A DNA stretch of 64,000 bases from Chiloscyllium plagiosum. Its lineage: Eukaryota. The stretch is from NCBI RefSeq assembly GCF_004010195.1, contig NC_057720.1:20576448-20640447 (forward strand), read 5' to 3'. Positions 50,383-60,953 of this stretch are shown one piece after another. The notes beneath the pieces are model-generated. The model was not told the DNA's origin and ran no database searches. It was given only the letters and a program-made list of their open reading frames with translations. The translations under genes were made by a program, and so were the position numbers. Positions within the stretch are counted from its first letter, which is position 1, and each line of letters begins with the position of its first letter.

Positions 50383-50655
50383 TTTCAGCAGGTTTTGAGA
50401 AGATTTGTAGCTCAGGTTGAGGTTCTGGATATAGGTTTGCTCACTGAGCTGGAAGCTTCATTTCCAGATGTTTCGTCACGCTGTGCGATTCCTGCTTTCT
50501 ATTTATATGTTATCATATGTTAAAGAAACCCAAAAATATACATAGAAAGCAGGAATCATGTACAATGCTTCGCCTGAGGCCCACTGAAGATGTTACCTAG
50601 TAGGGTGACGAAACGTCTGGAAATGAACATCCAGCTCTGCGAGCAAACCTACATC
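50383..50655. mobile_element. PLE-derived fold-back element (family E) inserted in CR1
   Basis: ggtttgctcactgagctgga...tttccagatgtttcgtcac / gtgacgaaacgtctggaaatg...ccagctc...gagcaaacct arms. 9-bp TSD cacaaattc at 50374-50382 and 50656-50664. Confidence 0.8.
50581..50620 (+). ncRNA. Minimal hammerhead ribozyme motif (family E)
   Basis: CCA-CUGAAGA-U-GUUACCU(AGUA)GGGUGAC-GAA-ACGU-C-UGG: intact core, 7-bp stem II, GUC cleavage triplet, CCA/UGG stem I. Confidence 0.85.
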
Positions 50656-50769
50656 CACAAATTCCCTCCTTTGTCCTTGAGTGGACCTACTTTTTTCCTC
50701 AGTACCTGTTGCTCCTTGTATACTTTGTAAGGCATTTGGGGTAAGGTTTAGAATTGCCTAGGTTTCATC

Positions 50770-51255
50770 GCATTCAACAGTACAGAAGAGGTCCTCCAAA
50801 AGCACTGAGCCTGAAATGTACTATTACCTACACCTGTCCCTCTTGCCCACACTAGGCCCATGGGCTAGAATGTTATGACACATCAAGTGCTTATCAAAGT
50901 ACTTTTTAAAGGTTGTGAGGTTCCCTGCCACAACTACCCTTCCAGGCAGTCTGCTCCAGACTCACCACCCTCTGGGAGAAAATATTTTCTTAAAATCCAC
51001 TGTAAACCTCATGCCTTCAAACTTAAAATTAAGTCCCCTTGTTATTGACCAATCGACTAAGGGAAATGGCTGCTTTCTATTCACCCTGTCCATGCTGTTA
51101 TAATCTTACACACTTCTAACAGGTCCCCACTCACACTTCTCCACTCGAGAGCAGACAACCCAAACTTATCCAGCCTCTCTTCATTGCTGAAATGCTCCAT
51201 CCCCAGAAGACACCCTAGTGAATCTCATCTGCACCCTCACCAGTGCAATCATATC
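50770..51255 (-). mobile_element. CR1 LINE 3' end (different subfamily)
   Basis: Reverse complement gives a CR1 ORF2 C-terminus and tail. Confidence 0.65.
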
Positions 51256-51729
51256 ATTTTTTTCAGTTTTCCACTTACACTGGATTGTTTGCTTCAAGTG
51301 CTCCCTCTGGTGGCGAGTGTCACATCCTCCTTTGATCTTTGGGTAAAATTCCTTCTTGGATTTGGGGGTGAGTATCTTCTATTAATGGCCATTAATTATG
51401 CTGTTTCCCTGCATCCAGTCTATCAACACCTTTCAGAGTTTTACAGACCTCCATCAGGTCTGTCTTCCCCTCCCCCGTATCTTGTTGTAGCTGAAGGGAA
51501 AGCCAGCTGTCAGTCAGTCCTTTCCTGGTATGTGTACCCATGCGTTTCTGGCACCATCCATGTACATTATTTCTCTACCCTTTCAGCTTGCTCTGTGCTC
51601 CTTCTGCTTGTTGAATCATGTGCTGGCTGCGTTTGTCAGCGAAAACCCTGGTTTCCATACTTGGATGGAAAAGTGGATGCTGTTAAAAGGATGGGAACAG
51701 AAGGGTTTACCAATCATAGTGTGTCAAAA

Positions 51730-52046
51730 GCCCACCAAAGCTACATGTGACCTCAGCCAACTGCAGCGTGTCGGTCTATGTAGCACTAATGGAATCCTTA
51801 CCGCATGGGACCCATTGAGTCCATATCTATCCTCCAATGAGCATCCCACTCAGACCCACCCCTCTAACTTGGCTCCATGTTTCCCATGGGCTAATCCACC
51901 TAACCTGCACATCTTTGGACTGTGAGAGGAAACCCACACAGACACAAGGAGAATGAACAAACTCCACACAGACAGTCACATGAGGGTGGAATCGAACCAG
52001 GATCCCTGGTGCTGTGAGGTAGAAGTGCCAAACACTGAGCCACCAT
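51730..52046 (-). mobile_element. Degenerate HE1 SINE
   Basis: taacctgcacatctttggactgtg...aactccacacagacag...gaatcgaaccagg. Confidence 0.8.
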
Positions 52047-52504
52047 GCTTTGGCATTGTGTTTGCAGTAAAGCTGCCCTAAAGCCTGTTGATGTTGTGAC
52101 ACAGTTTATGTGCCGAACAGAAGTGGAACATGCCCCACTGGCAGATAACATTTTCTCATTTCAAAATGAATTTCGGGTCAGTTTTACTTTAATCAACTGG
52201 GTCTAGCGATGTGCTTATCCTTTTTCTCCAGGATGGGTTAAGTATCTGGTTGGCAAATCCTTTGCCAGCTGTAAGACTGTGCTGAGGTTACTGTGCCTCC
52301 CATAACCCATCACACGGTGGCGCCTCTGTACTGCCTGTCAAAAGCTGTAAGTGTTGATTATAAACAGACCCAGACTTTGTTTCCAGGAAATCAGAAGTGA
52401 CCATCCAGTGTTGTTGTAAATCATTACCTCTAGTCTTCCACAAGCTATTAATTAACTAACTAATTTGCAATGGGAATTTGCGCAAACATAAGTAAAATAA
52501 CATT

Positions 52505-53600
52505 TGTCTTTCTCTCCTCCTGCTGTCGATTCCCATCAAAAATCCAAAACTCTTTGTTTTGCAGCATCTGATTGTTTTACTCCCCCCCAACTTCTGTCTT
52601 TTCTTCATTCTCCCAGAATGTCCCCTCTCCACCATTTCTTTGCCTTACTTCCCTCTTGCCCACAAAGTCCCTATCTTTCTCCTAATGGGCTATAACTGTT
52701 GGACCCTTGCCCCAATCTCATCTCCTCTTGTCCCTCATCATCCCCTTGCTCGTCCCATTTGTAACCCCATTGCCGCCACTCTTGACCACTCCTTCACACC
52801 TTGTTCCCTCTGGTCAGCTTCCTCTGACCTCCTCACACTCCCCTCATTCCTCCTTCACTTCTCCTAAGCCTCCTCACCCACCTCTCCACACTTTCTTCTC
52901 CTTTTTCNNNNNNNNNNNNNNNNNNNNNNNNNNNNNNNNNNNNNNNNNNNNNNNNNNNNNNNNNNNNNNNNNNNNNNNNNNNNNNNNNNNNNNNNNNNNN
53001 NNNNNNNNNNNNNNNNNNNNNNNNNNNNNNNNNNNNNNNNNNNNNNNNNNNNNNNNNNNNNNNNNNNNNNNNNNNNNNNNNNNNNNNNNNNNNNNNNNNN
53101 NNNNNNAACATTTATTCATCCAACCTTTTAATGCCCCAATTCACCACTCCCCAACTCTCTTTTCCCCCTGCCAACTTCTTTTCTCTACACCTTCATGTCC
53201 CTCTCATCACTCGATCTCTCCCCACACCCTCAGATCTCTCTCCTCTGTCCAGCTTTCCCTCCCCACTCTGTCTTCCCACTCCCTACAATCCCATCTCTGT
53301 TTCCCCTACCCTCTATTTCAACCACCACCACCAATCCCCGGGCCCTACACAATCTCTCCTCCTCCACCGACACCTCCTCAGCACTCCCTGCCCATGTCTC
53401 TCTCGCCTCCCTCAGTCAGTGTCTCTCTCCGTATCTGTTCCCCCTCCTATTACCTCAGACCTCAGCTCTGTCTTTCCCTTCCCTCCTTCTCTCCCAGCCC
53501 TGCCTCTAACCCCCCCCTTCACCCACAGCCCACCCAGTTCTCCAACCTTGCTGAAGTACCCCTTGCTCCCCTATCCAGGCCCGCCCTCCCCATAGTCTCT
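52505..53600. repeat. C/T-rich low-complexity tract spanning a gap (52908-53106)
   Basis: Strong pyrimidine skew on the + strand; the ORFs here are P/S/L low-complexity artefacts. Confidence 0.85.
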
Positions 53601-54269
53601 TTGTTCGATAATACAGAGAATGCAATTCTTCCAGATCAGAACATGTTGAGGAAGCTTCCTATTGTGTTAGGACACTGCAAAGGAGCCTTTGAGGAAAGGA
53701 CTGTTATTTGTCTGCTCTAACATATTTCAATAACTACAACATTCACTCCAGCTTTAAGTAAGAATGTGCTTGCATTTGCACTCAGCAAGCTATTACTGCC
53801 TCAGGACATCCAACAGTGCTTTATAACCAGTGAATTATTTCTCTGAATTGCAGTTGTCAAAGGTGAAATTCAATCCTGTACCTACAAGCTACTGTGTAAT
53901 ATCGATGTAAAGGTGAAGGAATTTTGATTGCAAACTTTTGGAAAATGTACCAAATAAAACACAGAAAGCTGGCACTTGTTAAGGCATTACCCACCTCTCC
54001 ACAAAATGTATCTTCCTTTGGCCAGGCTTTGGTGTGAATGATGAACACACATTGAATGAATTTTCTCCTTAAAACCCATCGATATACCCCACTCAGGCCT
54101 TTCAGACAGTGGAAGGAGGTGGGAGATGCTCCTTCTGAGGTTTCAGGCAGCAAACATTTGACTCAATTAAGAAAATAAATTTAAAAATATAAAGTGAAAT
54201 AAACAGCCCAAGAACCTCAATGATGTATATTTCTGCTGCTCGAAATAAATACTTCAGGGGCTATGTTTT

Positions 54270-54555
54270 ATTAATTCTCAGGCTGTGGGCATAGCTGGCT
54301 AGGCCAGCATTTATTGCCCGTCCCAGAGGGTAGTTAAGAGTCAACCACATTGTTGTGGGTCTGAAGTCACATGTCGGCCAGACTGGGTAAGGATGGCTGT
54401 TTCCCTCCTTAAAGAAGGACATTAATGAACCAGATGGGCTTTTCCTGACAATCAAATCGTAATCCCAGATTTATTTTATAGAAGTCACATTCCACTGTGG
54501 CAGGATTTGAACCCAAAACCTTACCTGGACCTCTGGATAAATACCACCAGGCCCT
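54270..54555 (-). mobile_element. tRNA-derived SINE (family with ...aacccatctggttcactaatg...gggcaataaatgctggcc tail)
   Basis: Homologous copies at 46180-46525 (-), 59615-59962 (-), 63685-64000 (+) and about 2255-2510 (-). A PLE fragment with 10-bp TSD gtcttccctt (54558-54567 / 54660-54669) lies at its head. Confidence 0.7.
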
Positions 54556-54834
54556 CTGTCTTCCCTTCATCAGGGCTTTTGCCCAAAATGTTGATTTTCC
54601 TGCTCCTCGGGTGCTGCCTGACTTGCTGCGCTTTTCCAGCACCGCTCTAATCTCGACTCGTCTTCCCTTGTAGATCATTGCAGCCTAATTTACCATGCAG
54701 TTGAGACTTGATAATTTCATTTGCTTCTTGACTTTGGCAAGCCACTTTGTTCGTTACCAAATGCTGATCAGTTTCGGTTTGAAGGAAAGGTGAAATTTCT
54801 TGCGTGGAGTTTTCATGCTGATGTAATAAATGTT

Positions 54835-55009
54835 TAAAATCACACAACACCAGGTCATAGTCCTGTGTCCTACGATCTTATACTCCACAACCACCTGATG
54901 AAGGAGCAGCGCTCCGAACGCTAGTGCTTCCAAATAAACCTGTTGGACTTTAACCTGGTGTTGTGTGATTTCTAACTTTGTACACCCCAGTCCAACACCA
55001 GGATCTTGA
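54835..55009. mobile_element. PLE family A fold-back element with mutated hammerhead (54892-54926)
   Basis: 12-bp TSD gtaataaatgtt at 54823-54834 and 55010-55021; core CUGAUGA...GAAC (A15.1 mutated). Confidence 0.8.
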
Positions 55010-55098
55010 GTAATAAATGTTATGTCAGTGCAACATGCTGTACCTTTCTGATTTTTGTATTTCTGTATTTCATGTTTTGTTTTTTTATAAATCTCCAG

Positions 55099-55264
55099 GT
55101 AATGTTCATGTTACTGCAGACAATCTGGTTGAGTACAGACCATTGTCTGGCATACGGTACATGTGGTGGTACCATGTAATTGGACTGATCTGGACCAGTG
55201 AATTTCTCGTTGCATGTCAGCAGATAACAATTGCGGGGGCTGTTGTGTGCTGCTACTTCAACAG
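55099..55264 (+). CDS. SLC44A3: SLC44A3 coding exon 10 (GNVHVTADNLVEYRPLSGIRYMWWYHVIGLIWTSEFLVACQQITIAGAVVCCYFN)
   Basis: ctccag| acceptor, AG|gtagga donor, 166 nt; WTSEFxxACQQxTIAGAV motif. Confidence 0.95.
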
Positions 55265-56088
55265 GTAGGAGTTGGTCAAGAAGACCCATGCTGTTGTGTT
55301 GAATGGTTTTGACATCTCATCTCTCAATCATTACCTGCAAATCAGTGTGGCTTCACTACAAGGACGAGAAATATTGGTTCTTCCTCCACTGCAACCGTGA
55401 CATTTCCAAAGTATTTTTGGGCTGTAAGACATTATGAACATAAAACATTACGGCACAGTACAGGCCCTTCGGCCCTCAATGTTACGCCAATCTGTGGAAC
55501 CAATTTGAAGTCTATCTATCCTACACTATTTCAGTTTCATCCGTATGTTTATCCAATGACCATTTAAATGCCCTTAAAGTTGGCGAGTCTACTATTGTTG
55601 CAGGCAGGACATTGCACGCCCTACTACTCTCTGAGTAAAGAAACTACCTCTAACATCTGCCCTATATCTGTCTATGAGAAATTTACTGGTACAGAATGGT
55701 ACTCTGGAATTAAGGCATACCCTGGGCCAGAAAATGAGGCATCTAGTTCTCAATTTTACCCACAGTCTGCCTGATCGGCAAGACCTTGATGTTGACACCA
55801 GTCAATATGTTTGAATGGAAAGAGTTATCAAGTTTTGAAAACTAATGTCCAATTTCGATTGTCAGAAAATTGTGGTCCTGAATTTCTGATCACTAGAGGG
55901 TGGATACCCCTGAATGAGGATCTTGGGTAGTAATTTGAGCTCGTTAAAATAGCTCTCAAAAGTCAGGAGGTAGATAACAATGTACTGCTGATCAAATGTT
56001 GACCAAAAGATCTTCAGTTAGGAAGGTGATGATTCTGAACAGTCAGCCGATGGATTCATTAGTGCTTGGGTAATCTTTACATCATTTA

Positions 56089-56378
56089 GGGGTGGCACGG
56101 TGGCTCAGTGGTTGGCACTGCTGCCTCACAGTGCCAAGGACCCAGGTTCGATTCAGCTCCCAATGACTGTGTGAGTTTCCTAATCAATTGTCCTATGTAG
56201 GCTAAGTGGATTGGCCATGCTACATTGCCTGTAGTGTCCAGGGATGTGCAGGCTAGGTCAGTTAGCCATGGGAAATGCAGGTTTACAGGGATAGTCTAGG
56301 GGGCAGGATGCTCTTTGGAGGGTCGATGTGGACTTGGGCTAAATGGCCTGCTTCCACACTGTAGGGATTCTATGATTC
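56089..56378 (+). mobile_element. HE1-type SINE (internally deleted)
   Basis: ggggtggcacggtggctcagtgg...ccaggttcga...cctgcttccacactgtaggga. Confidence 0.8.
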
Positions 56379-56641
56379 ATTATACTGGAGGTTTTCAATT
56401 GAAAGAGCTCAGCATTTAAGCTCAATTTGCACTGCAATTTCTTGCTACCTTTAACAAGCTTTGTACATGAGAAAATATAAATTGCCATTAAATAAATAGG
56501 TTAGAAATAATCTAAAAGTGCAATTGAGCATAAATTCTCTGTAATGGGTGTGTTCTGATGACCTATAACCTGCTGGTGATGGATGGACTTTGTTTACCAA
56601 AGATTTCCATGGGGAATTGGGGAAGGAGTATGGGAGACTGA

Positions 56642-56727
56642 GTTTAGATTAGAGTGGTGCTGGAAAAGCACAGCAGGTCAGGTAGCATCCGAGGAGCAGG
56701 AAAATTGACGTTTCTGGCAAAAGCCCT
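56642..56727 (-). mobile_element. PLE family B pLTR fragment with 13-bp TSD
   Basis: TSD tatgggagactga at 56629-56641 and 56728-56740; truncated inside the hammerhead. Confidence 0.75.
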
Positions 56728-58656
56728 TATGGGAGACTGATCCTTCTGACATTGGTGATCCTTTCATTTCCTGCATCTTGCCTCCGAACTGATGTAATGA
56801 TCCATAGAAACATATGAATGAGGAGCAAACATGAGCCATTTCCCCCTCATGCATGCTCTGCCATCAATAAGAGGTGTTTGTGTTCTGAAGCTCGCATTCC
56901 TGTTTACCTCTGATAACGCTCGATTCCCCTGCCTAACAAGAGTCTATCTACAAAAAACAAAGAGAATGCTGGAGAAGCTGGTCTGGCAGCATCTGTGGAG
57001 TGAGGAACACAAGTAATAATTCCTGAGGAAATGCTTTCACCCAAAACATCGACTCTCCTGCTGCTCGGATGCTACCTGACCTGCTGTGCTTTTCCAGCAC
57101 CACACTCTCGACTCTAATCTCCAGCATCTGCAGTCTTCACTTTCTCCAAGTAATGTTTGGAGACTGGTATGACCCTTCAAAAGGATCCTTCTGCCCCACC
57201 TTAAAAATATTCAATGACCCCTTCTGAGGCAGAGACCTCTAAAGTTACTCCGCTCTGAGGGAAAAAACACAATCATCTATATCTGTGTGATATGATTCTG
57301 TAGGAGATCCTAAAAAGGCAACTGCTAATATTTAGAATGCTCCTCAGCTCTGACTCATCCACAAAATGAAATATCCTTTCAACATTCAACTTGTCAAAAG
57401 CATTCAGGATCTCTTAAACTTCAAACAAAGCAACCTCTCTCTTCTAAATTCCCATGGAAATAAGCCTAGTCAGTACAATTTTCCTCATGAGGCAACTCAT
57501 TCAATCCAGGTGTCAATGTAAGTAAACTTTCTCTGAACCACCACTAATGCATGTACATCTTCCTTAAATAAGGAGATCAAAGCCTCGCATATTATTGAGA
57601 TGTGGTCTCAGCAATGTTCCTGTATAACTAAAGCATAGCATCTGTACCTTTATACTCAGTTCCTCATAATAACCGAAAATATTCTTCGGAGGCTGGACAA
57701 GTTGTTCATAGAGAAACTGTTTCCCCGTTATGGGACCGTTAACAACCAGAGGTCATCATTTCAGAGTAATCCCAGCTAGGACAGAGATGAGGAGGAATTT
57801 CTTCTCCTGGGGGCAGTGAATCTCCAGAATTCTTTTATCTCAGCGGTCTGTAGATCCTGTGGAGGGGAGAAAGGGTGGAGAATGAACCTAGTTTTCTTTT
57901 GAGCACGTGGTTTTCTGCCCCAGCTGACCAGTGGATTTAGACCATCCTGCAGTCTACAGACTTCTTCCTCACTGTCAATGATCTGGCTAATTTTTATGTC
58001 ATTTGAAAATTGCATCTCCGATATACAATTCCAGATCAGTGGTATGCAACTGGAAAAGAGGTACCAATACTAAACTTGAAGAAAACTCTTTGGTTACAAG
58101 CCTCCAACCACACAAGCATGCTTCTTCCATTACCTTTTGTTTCAATCTTATTTCCAAGAGAAGATAGACATAGAGTCCAAAGACGTGCACGTTAGGTGGA
58201 TTGGCCACACTAAATTGCCCATAGTGTCCAGGGATATACAGGCTAGGTAGATTAGCCAGAGGAAATGCAGGGTTTCTGGGATAGGGTAGGGGTGGATCTG
58301 GGTGGGAAGCTCTTCAAAGGGTCAGTGTGGACTCGATGGACCAAGTTGCCTGCTTCCACACTGTAGGGATTTTATGATTCTATGATTGCCCTGCAGTAGA
58401 CCACCAGGATCTTGTTGCACCAACCCCTCACTGGGACCAGAACTGTAACTTTTCTATCATTTCCATTCCCTCTTCCTCCTCCCCCAAATTCCAGCACCGA
58501 CTCCCAGCAACTCCTCACCGAACACCATCAGCAGTTGAACATGTTGGACTCTCTGACTTGATTTACACACCATGACTTGCTCGCATTTAACATTTGTTTT
58601 GGTTTGCTTTGCTGGAGAGCTCAATCTAATTCACAATCACCGAATTCTTTCCTCAG

Positions 58657-58813
58657 GGACAAAAAGAATCCACCCAGCCATCCAATCCTCACTTCTGTTT
58701 CAAGGCTCTTTAATTACCATCTGGGAACGGTTGTTAAAGGTTCACTTCTAATCACTCTTGTCAGGATTCCACGGATTGTTCTGGTGTACATTCACAGCAG
58801 TCTGAAGGGAAAG
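58657..58813 (+). CDS. SLC44A3: SLC44A3 coding exon 11 ([53 protein letters not shown]); gene continues beyond window
   Basis: cctcag| acceptor, AAG|gtaaga donor, 157 nt; YHLGTVxKGS motif. No later exon found by eye up to 64000. Confidence 0.95.
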
Positions 58814-59100
58814 GTAAGATAAGAGCCAGATTTGGGATTCAGTTGCAGTGTTTTTGATGTTTTAAAGGGAGCATCGCCATTTATAGTAATGGTCTTATGA
58901 CTCTTGATAAGCAGCAACACACTTTACTGAAGTGCAAAAGGTGCTTGTGAACTCTGTACAAAAAATGTTGGGTCTAGTCAGATTCAACTGCTAGTAATAG
59001 GTCTTTTTGTCTTCAATTCTAAATGCTCAGCCTTTATGCAGTTCATTCCTGTTCCAGTCATTCTGTTGGCAGTAACGGCCAGGAACTGGCAGGGTGCTCA

Positions 59101-59138
59101 GTTCTGAAGAAGAGTCATACCAGACTCGAAACGTTCAT
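59101..59138 (+). ncRNA. Minimal hammerhead motif (family D variant)
   Basis: CUGAAGA-A-GAGUC(AUACCA)GACUC-GAA-ACGU-U; core and 5-bp stem II intact, stem I weak. Followed by a pLTR block (ctgctgagtttctccag). Confidence 0.7.
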
Positions 59139-59614
59139 TCTGTTTCTCTCTCAACAGCTGCTGTCAGACCTGCTGAGTTTCTCCAGTTTGCTGTGTTTAG
59201 TTGAGTGAGATGAGTCATCGATTGCAGTGTTAGGGAGGTGACCCCTGCTAATCACTCTGTGATCTGCTCCTGGCATTAGAAAATCTTGTGCACTGAAATG
59301 GTTTCACAATGTCATCTCCCACATTTATTTAAAATGATATTCACAAAGCTGGAGCCTTGCTTGCAAATCAATCTTTGAATTAGATTGGACAGTACTAGAT
59401 CTATTGATGTTTGTAAAAGAGGGTGTGCATAAGAGAGGTCACACCCTTGGATCGAGATATTTTCTTTCAGTGAGACTGTGTTCTTTGATGCAGCTCATCC
59501 TGAAGGTGTTATCCTGGTTCCCATCATTTTCTTTGGCTTTTCATATGTTTTACAATTTCAAAAATAAGCATGGCAAATTTGCAACAACAACACTTTGAAG
59601 GAAGTGATTTTTGG

Positions 59615-59962
59615 TTATTCATTCATGGGATGAGGGTATCACTAGCTAGGCCAGTACTTATTGCCCATCACCAGTTAGCCAGGGGGCAATAAAGAGTCAA
59701 ACACATTGCTGTGAGTCTGGACTCACACGTACACCAGACCAGGTAAAGATTTCCCCTGAAGGTTATTAATGAACCAGATGGGTTTTTCCAACAATTGGAA
59801 TTGATTGATGATGGTTTCATGGTCATCATCAGACTCTTAATTATAGAATTTTGAGTTCAAGTTCCACGTCTGCCTTGGTGGGATACAAACCCAAGTCCCT
59901 GGGACATACCTGGGTCTCCTGACTAACAGTCCAGCAATAATACCACTAAGCCATCACCTCCC
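59615..59962 (-). mobile_element. tRNA-derived SINE (same family as 63685-64000)
   Basis: Reverse complement aligns with 63685-64000. Confidence 0.7.
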
Positions 59963-60150
59963 TATTTTCTTAGACTCTGTTTCAATGCTTTATTCCTCAC
60001 CAACCAAATGTACACAGTTCAAATGAAGCGTTACTTGATCTTTGCAATTATCCCTGGTAAAAACAATGACTGCAGATGCTGGAAACCAGATTCTGGATTA
60101 GTGGTGCTGCAAAAGCACAGCAATTCAGGCAGCATCCGAGGAGCAGTAAA

Positions 60151-60184
60151 ATCGACGTTTCGGGCAAAAGCCCTTCATCAGGAA
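60151..60184 (-). ncRNA. Minimal hammerhead ribozyme motif (family B, intact)
   Basis: Reverse complement UUC-CUGAUGA-A-GGGC(UUUU)GCCC-GAA-ACGU-C-GAU. Confidence 0.85.
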
Positions 60185-60336
60185 TACAGGCAGAGAGTCT
60201 GAATGGTGGAGAGATAAGCTAGGGGAGGGTGAGGGTGGGGAGAAAGTAGCAAAGAGTACAATAGGTGAGTGGAGGAGGGGATGAAGGTGATAGGTCAAGG
60301 AGGAGGGTGGAGTGGATAGGTGGAAAAGAAGATAGG

Positions 60337-60953
60337 NNNNNNNNNNNNNNNNNNNNNNNNNNNNNNNNNNNNNNNNNNNNNNNNNNNNNNNNNNNNNNNN
60401 NNNNNNNNNNNNNNNNNNNNNNNNNNNNNNNNNNNNNNNNNNNNNNNNNNNNNNNNNNNNNNNNNNNNNNNNNNNNNNNNNNNNNNNNNNNNNNNNNNNN
60501 NNNNNNNNNNNNNNNNNNNNNNNNNNNNNNNNNNNNNNNNNNNNNNNNNNNNNNNNNNNNNNNNNNNNNNNNNNNNNNNNNNNNNNNNNNNNNNNNNNNN
60601 NNNNNNNNNNNNNNNNNNNNNNNNNNNNNNNNNNNNNNNNNNNNNNNNNNNNNNNNNNNNNNNNNNNNNNNNNNNNNNNNNNNNNNNNNNNNNNNNNNNN
60701 NNNNNNNNNNNNNNNNNNNNNNNNNNNNNNNNNNNNNNNNNNNNNNNNNNNNNNNNNNNNNNNNNNNNNNNNNNNNNNNNNNNNNNNNNNNNNNNNNNNN
60801 NNNNNNNNNNNNNNNNNNNNNNNNNNNNNNNNNNNNNNNNNNNNNNNNNNNNNNNNNNNNNNNNNNNNNNNNNNNNNNNNNNNNNNNNNNNNNNNNNNNN
60901 NNNNNNNNNNNNNNNNNNNNNNNNNNNNNNNNNNNNNNNNNNNNNNNNNNNNN
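60337..60953. other. Assembly gap (N run)
   Basis: Run of n. Confidence 1.

Larger units (their letters stand above)
48660..50750 (-). mobile_element. CR1/HER1 LINE, about 2 kb 3' part including RT
   Basis: Minus ORFs DDTKIGGDVDSEEDCQRIQQDID, LKSIKVDKSQGPD..VPEDWTVANI and EELGEVLNEYFALVFTKE. Confidence 0.9.

Noticed and set aside
51184..51750. 188-aa ORF
   Set aside because: Starts at a non-ATG codon inside an antisense CR1; no recognisable domain or exon context.
52707..53720. 337-aa ORF and overlapping Pro/Ser-rich ORFs
   Set aside because: They span an N gap and low-complexity C/T DNA, which lacks stop codons by composition.
13757..58813. Assignment to SLC44A1, A2, A4 or A5
   Set aside because: REWRPQIYRRCTD, SKSFPLFNRCVPQ and PLSGIRYMW match recalled SLC44A3 far better; a phylogeny would confirm.
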